This document shows positions 18,466-26,876 of a stretch of 64,000 bases of DNA, in pieces. Positions within the stretch are counted from its first letter, which is position 1, and each line of letters starts with the position of its first letter. The translations under genes and the position numbers were made by a program. Location: the NCBI GenBank assembly GCA_965261395.1, contig OZ253462.1, positions 3,648,001 through 3,712,000 on the forward strand. Direction: 5' to 3'. A model generated the notes under the pieces. That model worked only from the letters and a program-made list of their open reading frames with translations. It was not told the origin of the DNA and did no database searches. Origin of the DNA: Candidatus Latescibacterota bacterium (lineage in GTDB: Bacteria; Latescibacterota; UBA2968; UBA8231).

Positions 18466-19782
18466 ATGAGAATTACCAAAACAAGCATCCTTAAATCCAA
18501 GATACCTGTGGAGAGTATCAATATCGGTGGTGATCTCTTGGCATCCCTGTCTATAGGAATGTACAATCAGCCACTGGATATTTATCGAGAGTTCGTTCAA
18601 AACGCAGTTGATGCATACCAGATGGTGGGAACCCCTGCTGGTCAGAGAGTAATTGATATTACAGTAGATCGATCAAATCGAACTGTGACCTTTCGTGATT
18701 ATGCATCTGGTTTAAATGAAAAAGAAATGGTAGCTCAGTTGCTATCTGTCGGTAGTAGTTGGAAGCGTGGATATAAGCTACGCGGCTTCAGAGGAATAGG
18801 GAGACTGGCTGCGCTCGGATATTGCAGGAAGTTGATTTTTCGTTCCCGACAGTCGCGTCGTGAGCCTGTTATTGAACTTGAGTGGGATAGTGTTGCTCTC
18901 CATCGGTACAATGCGGATGGAGAAGATAAAAGTCTCGTTGATATACTACTACAAATATCTACATTTTCTAGTATCTCTGATTTAACCGAAGAAAATTGGC
19001 CTGACTGTTTTTTTGAATGTGTATTAGAAGGTGTTCGATACAGCAAAAACGACACCTTACTTAATCCTGATATGGTATCTAGTTATTTATCGGAAATTGG
19101 CCCTGTTCCTTTTAGTAAAGATTTTTCGTTGGGACAAAAAATATACAATGTTCTTGGCGATGAGTTGGCCTTCGAGGTTGATATTCATATCAACGGAAGT
19201 GAACAGCCTATAACCCGACCACATCGCAATCAGATAACTTCGCATGATGGTTCAAGTATTCTCTCTACAGTCAGAAGTCTCAGTGAAATTGTCGACTTGG
19301 AAGAGGTCCTAGACTCCGAGGGCATTCCTCTTGCTATGGGTTGGATTTTGAACCATGACTATCCGGGTGCTTTGCCCATATCTTCCCATATTCGTGGTTT
19401 GCGTATTCGGATAGGAAACATTCAGGTTGGGGACGAAAGAGTCCTTGATTCATTATTCAAAGAACATCGTTTCAACGTGTGGTGCATCGGTGAGATTCAT
19501 ATCTGTACGTCAAATATATACCCTAATACACGTAGAGATGACCTAGAACAATCTCCACAAGTAGATGACTTGATGAATGCTTTGGGGGTATTAGCGAAAA
19601 AACTTACTGATACATGTCGTGAAGCATCCCTGAAGCGCAATAAGAAGTCAAAGCTCGTACACAGAAACGTATCACTCTCGCGCGAAAAATACAGGAAAAT
19701 TATGGAAGATCTCAAAATAGAAGAACCGCTTCCCGACAGACTTACACTCTCATTAAACACAAATAACCAACAGGAGATATAA
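18466..19782 (+). CDS. GHKL (HSP90/MutL/MORC-like) ATPase
   Basis: YREFVQNAVDA (N box), RDYASGL (G1), GFRGIGRLA (G2); C-terminal GEIHI...PNTRRDD. Confidence 0.85.
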   Translation: MRITKTSILKSKIPVESINIGGDLLASLSIGMYNQPLDIYREFVQNAVDAYQMVGTPAGQRVIDITVDRSNRTVTFRDYASGLNEKEMVAQLLSVGSSWKRGYKLRGFRGIGRLAALGYCRKLIFRSRQSRREPVIELEWDSVALHRYNADGEDKSLVDILLQISTFSSISDLTEENWPDCFFECVLEGVRYSKNDTLLNPDMVSSYLSEIGPVPFSKDFSLGQKIYNVLGDELAFEVDIHINGSEQPITRPHRNQITSHDGSSILSTVRSLSEIVDLEEVLDSEGIPLAMGWILNHDYPGALPISSHIRGLRIRIGNIQVGDERVLDSLFKEHRFNVWCIGEIHICTSNIYPNTRRDDLEQSPQVDDLMNALGVLAKKLTDTCREASLKRNKKSKLVHRNVSLSREKYRKIMEDLKIEEPLPDRLTLSLNTNNQQEI

Positions 19783-20781
19783 ATGACTCCTCAACTTCAG
19801 CAACTGTCCATAGACGATGTTTTGCTAGATGAAACTAATCCCCGAATCCAGCGGGCCTTGAGCATGTACGGTGACGAAATCACCGCAGACCGCATCGCGC
19901 TTGCACTGAAAGAAGGAAGTGATGAGCGAGAGTCTTCAAGCACAACATTTAGTCGGCTTAGGAACTCAATCATCAAAAATAGGGGCATAATCACTCCGAT
20001 CATCATTAATGTCAGAGACGGTCAACGTGTATGTGTTGAGGGCAACACACGATTACTGATTTATCGTGAGCTTCACGAAGATGAGCCTAATGGAACTTGG
20101 AAGAAAATTCCGTCTCTGGTTTATGACGGGGCAGGGCCTGAAATAATGGAAGCTATTAGATTACAAGCGCATCTTATAGGCCCACGCCCTTGGGACCCAT
20201 ATTCCAAGGCGAAATATCTCGATTATTTATGGAATGAAGAATATTTGTCTGAAGAAGAAATTATCGAGTATTGCGGTGGAAACAAAAAACAGATACAAGC
20301 CAGCATAGCAGCGTACAGATTAGTGGAGAATGTATATCGACCTCTGCTGGAGGATGACAATGATTTCGATCCAACCCGTTTCAGCGGTTTTGTGGAGTTT
20401 CAAGATCCCAAAGTTTGCAGAGCCGTTTATGATGCTGGATACAAAGATAAAAACTTTGCTCGATGGCTGCATGATCGAAAAATTGTGCGTCTTGAGCATG
20501 TCAGATCCCTGCCTGATATTTTTCAGAATGAAGAGGCGAAACAGGCATTTATTTACGGAGACTCTCTTGAGGCAATTAAAGTCCTCAATCAGCCATCTGT
20601 CGATGAACTGATTGCCAAGTTGAGCTTGGAAGAGTTGCTGGAGATAGTAGAAAAAAAGATATATGGTATTACCTATAGCGAAGTAGAGCAATATAAAAAA
20701 GAGCCTAGAACTCTCCCCTCTGCTCTAAAATCTACAATCGAAACACTTGAAGATTTTCGTAAGCAAATAGCCTCAGACTAA
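19783..20781 (+). CDS. Second ParB/Srx-like N-terminal-domain protein
   Basis: LDETNPRI, GIITPIII, VEGNTRL, WDPYSKA, parallel to the motifs of 13288-16824; starts immediately after the ATPase stop with a caggag RBS. Confidence 0.8.
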   Translation: MTPQLQQLSIDDVLLDETNPRIQRALSMYGDEITADRIALALKEGSDERESSSTTFSRLRNSIIKNRGIITPIIINVRDGQRVCVEGNTRLLIYRELHEDEPNGTWKKIPSLVYDGAGPEIMEAIRLQAHLIGPRPWDPYSKAKYLDYLWNEEYLSEEEIIEYCGGNKKQIQASIAAYRLVENVYRPLLEDDNDFDPTRFSGFVEFQDPKVCRAVYDAGYKDKNFARWLHDRKIVRLEHVRSLPDIFQNEEAKQAFIYGDSLEAIKVLNQPSVDELIAKLSLEELLEIVEKKIYGITYSEVEQYKKEPRTLPSALKSTIETLEDFRKQIASD

Positions 20782-20862
20782 CGCTAAAAGAATTTCTGAC
20801 AAGATGACAACTGTCGTGTTTGTACAGGCTGTGGGCCTTAATACATACATATAAGACCCCTC

Positions 20863-20992
20863 ATGCCTTACCAGTTGCTCAAATACGGCCTCGCGAAGAA
20901 ATACTTCGAGCCGCGCATGTTCCGCTCGCCCGAGCGGCTGCGCGATAGCTATGAAGTAGTGATCATCGGCGGCGGCGGGCACGGGTTGGCCG
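20863..20992 (+). pseudogene. Diverged relic of the first ~43 codons of soxB
   Basis: MPYQLLKYGLAKKYFEPRMFRSPERLRDSYEVVIIGGGGHGLA vs MPYRLLKYGLGRTHTEPRMFRSPERLRDSYEVVIIGGGGHGLA at 22905. Confidence 0.9.
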
Positions 20993-21107
20993 TCTTGCTT
21001 CGTGCTGCTCAGGGATGAAAGGGACGAAACACCCATCTAATGATTATTTAAATGCCTTTTGAGTAAGTTATATTGCCATTTCGACGAAAAATCGTTATCA
21101 TTGAGAA

Positions 21108-22322
21108 ATGATTCACACATTTTCCGTATCCAACTACTACTCGGTCCGCGAGGAAGTAGTTCTCGACCTCCGCATTCTAGGCACTGCTCCCGCCCTGCCA
21201 CACTTCCGGCGCAGTACGGCCAAGCCGGATATCCGGCTCCCCTCTGTCGTCGTGTTCATGGGACCCAATGGATCGGGCAAGACGACCCTGCTGGATGCGC
21301 TGCTTGCTACCTCCCGCATCGCCTCATCCGCATCTCCTGCTGAAGAGACCAGCCCGCTCACGACCTTTCTCCCTTTCTCTTCGACGGAAACCAGAGACAA
21401 ACCGACGCGGTTTTGCGTAGAGATCGAAGCGGATTGGCTGGCACCGGACCAAGCCCGGCACCTGTTCCGCTACGAACTGGCCGTGAGACGCGGTGACGCC
21501 GGCGTCAAGGATACCTTCTTCCAGCGCGAAGTGCTGTCCTACTTTCCCAAGGGGCGCCCCCGCCGCCTTTTCGAGCGCGGTGCTCCGGGAGAGCCTATAT
21601 ACGTTTCCAGTGAGCTAGGGCTCACTCCGAAGGATGACCGCCTCAAGGCGATTCGGGTGGACGCCTCGGTGATTGCCACGCTCGCCCTGCTCAATGTGCC
21701 TTTGGCGGCGCGTATCGCAAAATGGATGCGCGCTTTTTCTTTTTTTTCCAACATCATTCACCGCGAGAAATGGCAGCTTCCTACCCAAACAATGGTGGAC
21801 ACATTCGACGAGAGTGCTCCCGAGGTGAGAGCTTGGCTCGTGAGACACATCCAGTCCAGCGACTTGGGGATTCGAGACATACGTATTTCGGAGCAAGCCG
21901 ACAAGAAGGAGGTGTTCTTCGACCATCGCGGGCTCGACAGGCCGATTCCTTTGCCCTTCGAGTCCAGCGGCACGAAACGGCTGTTCCATCTGCTACCTCA
22001 GCTCTACCTCGCTCTCAGCGACGGCATTCCCGCGGTCCTCGACGAGGTCGACGGTGATCTTCACGTGGATATCGCCGGCGAAATGCTCGGCTGGTTCCGC
22101 TCCCAAGAGACCAATCCTTCCGGCGCACAGCTTTTCGTCTCCTCTCACAATGTCGGCCTGCTCGACAATCTGGAGAAGGAAGAGGTCTTCATCGTCGAGA
22201 AGGATCGCGATGGCGCGACCCGCGTGTACAGTGCCCAAGATGTGCGCGGTCTCCGCCGCGACACCCGTCTCTATCCCAAGTACCGGGCGGGGGAGCTCGG
22301 CGGTATCCCGAAAATCGGCTGA
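21108..22322 (+). CDS. AAA_21/ABC-type ATPase (RloA/AbiLi-like)
   Basis: FSVSNYYSVRE start, GPNGSGKT, ESSGTKR signature, LDEVD, QLFVSSHN, C-terminal YRAGELGGIP. Confidence 0.88.
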   Translation: MIHTFSVSNYYSVREEVVLDLRILGTAPALPHFRRSTAKPDIRLPSVVVFMGPNGSGKTTLLDALLATSRIASSASPAEETSPLTTFLPFSSTETRDKPTRFCVEIEADWLAPDQARHLFRYELAVRRGDAGVKDTFFQREVLSYFPKGRPRRLFERGAPGEPIYVSSELGLTPKDDRLKAIRVDASVIATLALLNVPLAARIAKWMRAFSFFSNIIHREKWQLPTQTMVDTFDESAPEVRAWLVRHIQSSDLGIRDIRISEQADKKEVFFDHRGLDRPIPLPFESSGTKRLFHLLPQLYLALSDGIPAVLDEVDGDLHVDIAGEMLGWFRSQETNPSGAQLFVSSHNVGLLDNLEKEEVFIVEKDRDGATRVYSAQDVRGLRRDTRLYPKYRAGELGGIPKIG

Positions 22323-22328
22323 GGGGCG

Positions 22329-22868
22329 ATGCGCCGCAGGTCGGTCGAACCTAGGCGAGTCATTTTCATCGGGGTTGAGGGCAAGAGCGACCAAGCGTTC
22401 GCACGGTTCCTCGGCCACTGTTGTCAAGAAGTAGGTCTGCACCTGCATCTGGATGTGAGACCGGGGAGCGGCGGTGACTCTGTAGCCGTTGTCGAGGAAG
22501 CTGCCCGCCACTTGAGACATTCCGGCAAGAGCAATATCCCCGACAGGCTGGTGTTGTTGGATCGAGACCGCATTAAGCAAGACCTGCAGGCCGGACGCGA
22601 CGCCCAAACGGTAGCATCCAGAGCGAAGCTAGAGATCATTTTTCAGGAGCCGAACCTAGAAGGGCTGCTGATCAGGCTGCATCAAGGACAAGAGAATCGG
22701 AGAATTGCGGCAGACAAAGCGATGGCGGAGCTCAGGAAGGTTTGGCCCGAGTACAGCAAGCCACCGACGGCGGACCAGTTGAGTCAGCGTTTCGCTTTAT
22801 CTGATGTGCAGCGGGCGGCCCAGCACGATAGTGAGTTGCAAAGGCTTCTCAAAGTTCTCGGTCTTTGA
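22329..22868 (+). CDS. RloB-family (TOPRIM-like) protein
   Basis: IFIGVEGKSDQAF, LLDRD, PNLEGLLIRLH; directly follows the RloA-like ATPase. Confidence 0.78.
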   Translation: MRRRSVEPRRVIFIGVEGKSDQAFARFLGHCCQEVGLHLHLDVRPGSGGDSVAVVEEAARHLRHSGKSNIPDRLVLLDRDRIKQDLQAGRDAQTVASRAKLEIIFQEPNLEGLLIRLHQGQENRRIAADKAMAELRKVWPEYSKPPTADQLSQRFALSDVQRAAQHDSELQRLLKVLGL

Positions 22869-22904
22869 TCTTTCTCGTTCGACGAGAGGAGAGTCACCCC
22901 CGTC

Positions 22905-24149
22905 ATGCCCTACCGGTTGCTCAAATACGGCCTGGGTCGAACGCATACCGAGCCGCGCATGTTCCGCTCGCCCGAGCGGCTGCGCGATAGCTATGAAGTG
23001 GTGATCATCGGCGGCGGCGGTCACGGGCTGGCCGCGGCGCACTATCTCGCCCAAGAGCACGGGATCAGTGACATCGCCGTCCTAGAGCAGCGCTACATCG
23101 GCCACGGCGGCACCGGCCGCAACACCGCGATCATCCGCTCGAATTACCTGACGGAAGAGGGCGCGCGCTTTTATCAATTCAGCGTGGATCTCTACCGGGA
23201 TTTATCGCGCCAACTCGACTACAATCTGTTCTACTCCGAGCGCGGCCACTTTACCTTGGCGCACACGCCGGCCGCGCTGCGCACCCAGCGCTGGCGCGCT
23301 GAGGTCAACAAGCACCTCGGCATCAACTCCGAGGTCGTCGGCCCGGAGTTCATCAAGAAGACCATCCCCGAGATTGACCTGAGTTGCGGTGGGCACCAGC
23401 CGCCCATCGTCGGTGCGCTCTACCACCCGCCGGGAGCCATTGCCCGCCACGACGCAGTGGCGTGGGCTTATGCGCGCGGGGCGGACAGCAAAGGCGTTGA
23501 AATCCATCAGCAGACCAGCGTCACCGATATTGAAGTGGAGGACGGCCGGGTCGCGGGCGTGCACACGGATCGCGGTTTTATCCAGACCCGCAAGGTGCTC
23601 AGCGCCGTGGCCGGCTGGACGCCGCAGATACAGCGGATGGTCGGACTGCGCTCGCCGCTGGTGGTGCATCCGCTGCAGGCGTTTGTCACCGAGCCATTTA
23701 AGCCGTGGCTCGACGCGATTGTCGTATCGGCCAGCTTGCACACGTACGTCAGCCAATCGTCGCGCGGCGAGTTGGTCGCCGGTGCCTCTTTGGACCCCTA
23801 TGAGCTGACGTCCATGCGCTCGACGCTCGACTTTGCCGAGGGGTTGGCCGGCCACATGCTCGATCTCTTTCCCTGCTTGGGCGACGTCAAGGTGCTGCGC
23901 CAGTGGGCCGGGTTGTGCGACATGACCCCGGACTTCTCGCCGATCATGGGCACGACGCCGATTGCGGGCTTTTACATCGACGCGGGTTGGGGCACCTGGG
24001 GCTTTAAGGCCACGCCGGTCTGCGGCTACACCATGGCCCACGCCATCGCCCGCGACGAGAATCATCCGCTGATCCGCGCCTTTAATCTGTCGCGCTTTGG
24101 CGCGTTTGATTTGGTCGGCGAGAAGGGAGCGGCTTCCGTTGGCCACTGA
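22905..24149 (+). CDS. soxB: Sarcosine oxidase beta-like / N-methylglutamate dehydrogenase subunit A (MgdA)
   Basis: IIGGGGHG FAD motif, GTGRNTAIIRSNY, DMTPDFSPIMG, GWGTWGFKATP. Confidence 0.92.
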   Translation: MPYRLLKYGLGRTHTEPRMFRSPERLRDSYEVVIIGGGGHGLAAAHYLAQEHGISDIAVLEQRYIGHGGTGRNTAIIRSNYLTEEGARFYQFSVDLYRDLSRQLDYNLFYSERGHFTLAHTPAALRTQRWRAEVNKHLGINSEVVGPEFIKKTIPEIDLSCGGHQPPIVGALYHPPGAIARHDAVAWAYARGADSKGVEIHQQTSVTDIEVEDGRVAGVHTDRGFIQTRKVLSAVAGWTPQIQRMVGLRSPLVVHPLQAFVTEPFKPWLDAIVVSASLHTYVSQSSRGELVAGASLDPYELTSMRSTLDFAEGLAGHMLDLFPCLGDVKVLRQWAGLCDMTPDFSPIMGTTPIAGFYIDAGWGTWGFKATPVCGYTMAHAIARDENHPLIRAFNLSRFGAFDLVGEKGAASVGH

Positions 24150-24250
24150 GAATTTATTATGTTTATGTATCATTTAATCAAAAAATAGACTTGTTAAGGT
24201 TTATCCTATACTCGACTATTGATAATTACTTAAAATCAGTGAGTGATTTC

Positions 24251-25564
24251 ATGGCCCAGCCCTTATTACAACAAGACTTATTTGAATCGTCACCTCTTAC
24301 TCAATCTGGCATTAAAAAAGGTAAGAGTGCCAGATCGGGGACTTTCGGCGATAACATGAAGTTGCCGGTCCATCGGTGGTTTCGCTATTCTGCAGGTTTT
24401 TCGGCCGATTGGGCTAAAGAGGTCATATCGCAATATCAGGTCAAGCACCTCCTAGATCCCTTTATGGGCTCGGGAACTGTCTGCTTAGTAGGTGACGAAT
24501 TAGGATTAAAATCTTGGGGGGTTGAAGCACATCCGTTTGTTTACAAATTAGCTAAAGGAAAACTCGCTTGGGCTGAAAAAACCGATGATTTCAGACAAGC
24601 TATTACAGATATAGAGAACTTTGCAGAAAAATTAGATATCAGTGCACCTGACGATATACCACGGTTATTGACCAAATGCTATAGTAATGAGACATTGCTT
24701 GACCTATATAGGCTTAGAGATGCCTATACAGAAATTTCAAGGTCATTGAGTGAGGAGATTCGTTCACTAGTATTTTTAGCGATTTCCGCCATTCTGAGGC
24801 CGGTAAGCCATGTTGGGACTGCGCAATGGCAGTATATACTTCCCAATAAACGCAAGGCTAAAGTATTACAACCTATTGAAGCATTAAACGCTCAGGTTGG
24901 GACGATGGTCGATGATATGCAACAAATGTCAATGAACTCATGCGAAAGCAAGGCAACCATTATTCCCGGCGATGCTAGAACCTTAATTGAAATTCCTGCG
25001 GACATAATAGACTTAGTTGTCACATCTCCACCTTATGCGAATAACTATGATTATGCGGATGCAACAAGATTAGAAATGACCTTTTGGGGCGAAGTGAGAT
25101 CGTGGGGTGATCTGCATGGGGCAGTACGACAGTTCTTAATGCGTTCTAGCTCTCAGCATGTTTCCAAAGATCGCCTTGAGCTTGAGAGCTTACTAAACGA
25201 AACAGCTATTGAACCAATTAAAGAAGAATTAACTAGAACCTGTCATGAGCTAGAAACAATACGAGAAGGAAAAGGAGGTAAGAAAGCATATCATACTATG
25301 ATCGCTGCCTATTTTAATGATATGAGTAATACCTTTCATTCTCTTCGAAGAGTGACAAAGAAAGGTATTACTATGTGTTTTGTTATTGGGGACTCTGCTC
25401 CTTACGGTATTTATGTCCCTGTCGAAAAATGGCTTGGTGAACTCGCGATAGCGGCGAATTTTAGTTCGTGGTCATTTGAAAAAATTAGAGATCGAAATAT
25501 AAAATGGAAAAATAGGAAGCATAGTGTTCCTCTGCATGAAGGAAGACTCTGGATAAAGGGTTAG
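24251..25564 (+). CDS. Type II DNA amino-methyltransferase, probably N4-cytosine, alpha motif order
   Basis: HRWFRYSAGFS, DPFMGSGT (motif I) before TSPPY (motif IV), FVIGDS; AT-rich insert. Confidence 0.88.
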   Translation: MAQPLLQQDLFESSPLTQSGIKKGKSARSGTFGDNMKLPVHRWFRYSAGFSADWAKEVISQYQVKHLLDPFMGSGTVCLVGDELGLKSWGVEAHPFVYKLAKGKLAWAEKTDDFRQAITDIENFAEKLDISAPDDIPRLLTKCYSNETLLDLYRLRDAYTEISRSLSEEIRSLVFLAISAILRPVSHVGTAQWQYILPNKRKAKVLQPIEALNAQVGTMVDDMQQMSMNSCESKATIIPGDARTLIEIPADIIDLVVTSPPYANNYDYADATRLEMTFWGEVRSWGDLHGAVRQFLMRSSSQHVSKDRLELESLLNETAIEPIKEELTRTCHELETIREGKGGKKAYHTMIAAYFNDMSNTFHSLRRVTKKGITMCFVIGDSAPYGIYVPVEKWLGELAIAANFSSWSFEKIRDRNIKWKNRKHSVPLHEGRLWIKG

Positions 25565-25566
25565 AC

Positions 25567-26593
25567 ATGGCATACTCTCCTTCTCATAAGTTTGGACAAT
25601 ATATAGGTAAATTATTGGAGGATATCGTTCTATATAAAATTTTGAAACCTAGATTACAGTATTTTGCCGAAGACAAAAAATACTATTTAGATTGGCAAAG
25701 GGATCGACCAGCAAGAAAAGGGAAGAAAGTCACATGGGAAGATAAATATGGTAACAAACACGATCTGGATTTTGTACTTGAGATAGACGGTACTGATCAT
25801 GAAAAAGGCAGACCTATCGCTTTTATTGAAGCTGCATGGAGGCGTTACACTAAGCATTCAAAAAATAAGGCTCAGGAAATTCAAGGAGCACTTTTACCTA
25901 TTGTGGGACGTCATCACCTCTCTGCACCCTTTTATGGTGTAGTTCTCGCTGGCGAATTTACACAACCTGCAATTAACCAACTAAAGAGTAATGGTTTTTC
26001 GGTTCTATATATACCATACAAAAACATAGTTACTGCTTTCAAAGATATAGATTTTGATATTGCTTTCAATGAAAAAACGGCAGATAGTATGTTTTCCAAT
26101 GCAATTGGAAAATTAAATAGTTTAAACATTTCAGAAAAAAATACACTTACTCAATCTATTGTGAATATATGTGAGAAGCTGTCTGAAAACCCCCGTCGGG
26201 CCGCCTCAAGGGTCGCCAAGCGACCTTCGCATTGAGCATTTTTCATAGGGCGAGACGCTCGTGATCCTAGGCCTTTCTCTTCGCACAAAGGGTGGCACCC
26301 GGAGTTTTCAGACGGCTTCTGAGGATGACACTAACGAATTTATGACCGACCTCCAAAATACTCTTGAAAGACATATTTCCCAAATAATATTGATTCCTCT
26401 ATTTGGCAATAGATATGAATATGATTCTATTGACGCGGCAATGGATGAATTAAACTCTCTCGATATCAGTATTGTGTCAGGATCTTTCGAAAAATTTGAG
26501 ATTATTGTTGACTACAACAATCAGGATACTATCCGTGCTACGTTTTCAGATAAAAAATCTGCTCTTAGCTTTTTAAATGGATTAAAAAACTAA
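25567..26593 (+). pseudogene. Probable type II restriction endonuclease interrupted by a MITE (292 aa reconstructed)
   Basis: 2 nt after the MTase; HDLDFVLE...FIEAAWRRYTK catalytic-like motif; removing 26175-26322 joins IVNIC-E to DDTNEFM in frame. Confidence 0.8.
26175..26319. mobile_element. 145-bp non-autonomous MITE with IS5-type ends
   Basis: Ends gaagctgtctgaaaac / gttttcagacggcttc (15/16 and 16/16 identical to the IS5 TIRs at 14454 and 15385); TSD tga at 26172-26174 and 26320-26322. Confidence 0.93.
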
Positions 26594-26612
26594 AGCTTCG
26601 TCAGGTAGTGTC

Positions 26613-26876
26613 GTGAAAATCCTCACCTGCCCAATCAACGGTCCGCGCCCACTCTCGGAGTTTGTCTTCGGCGGCGAGGTGCGCTCCATGCCCGATCCCA
26701 AGCAAGCAAGCGACGCTGTGTGGGCCGACTACGTATTCAATCGCTGCGGCGAGCCGGGCGTCCAGCGCGAGTGGTGGTACCATAGCGCCAGCAGCACTTG
26801 GTTTGTCGCCGAGCGCGACACGGCCCGCGACAAGATCGTCCGCACCTATTTGTGGGGCGAGGAGGACCAAGCGTGA
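26613..26876 (+). CDS. soxD: Sarcosine oxidase delta-like / MgdB
   Basis: CPINGPR..EF..GG, REWWYH, WFVAERDT. Confidence 0.9.
   Translation: MKILTCPINGPRPLSEFVFGGEVRSMPDPKQASDAVWADYVFNRCGEPGVQREWWYHSASSTWFVAERDTARDKIVRTYLWGEEDQA

Noticed and set aside
13288-20781. Plasmid or chromosome partition locus
   Set aside because: No ParA Walker-box ATPase, replication initiator or recognisable parS sites.
20863-20992. Gene-end duplications as DGR template/variable repeats
   Set aside because: No reverse transcriptase in the window and the differences are not adenine-specific.
11400-26600. Integron, prophage or ICE origin of the cargo
   Set aside because: No tyrosine or serine recombinase, attC-like sites, phage structural genes or conjugation genes seen.
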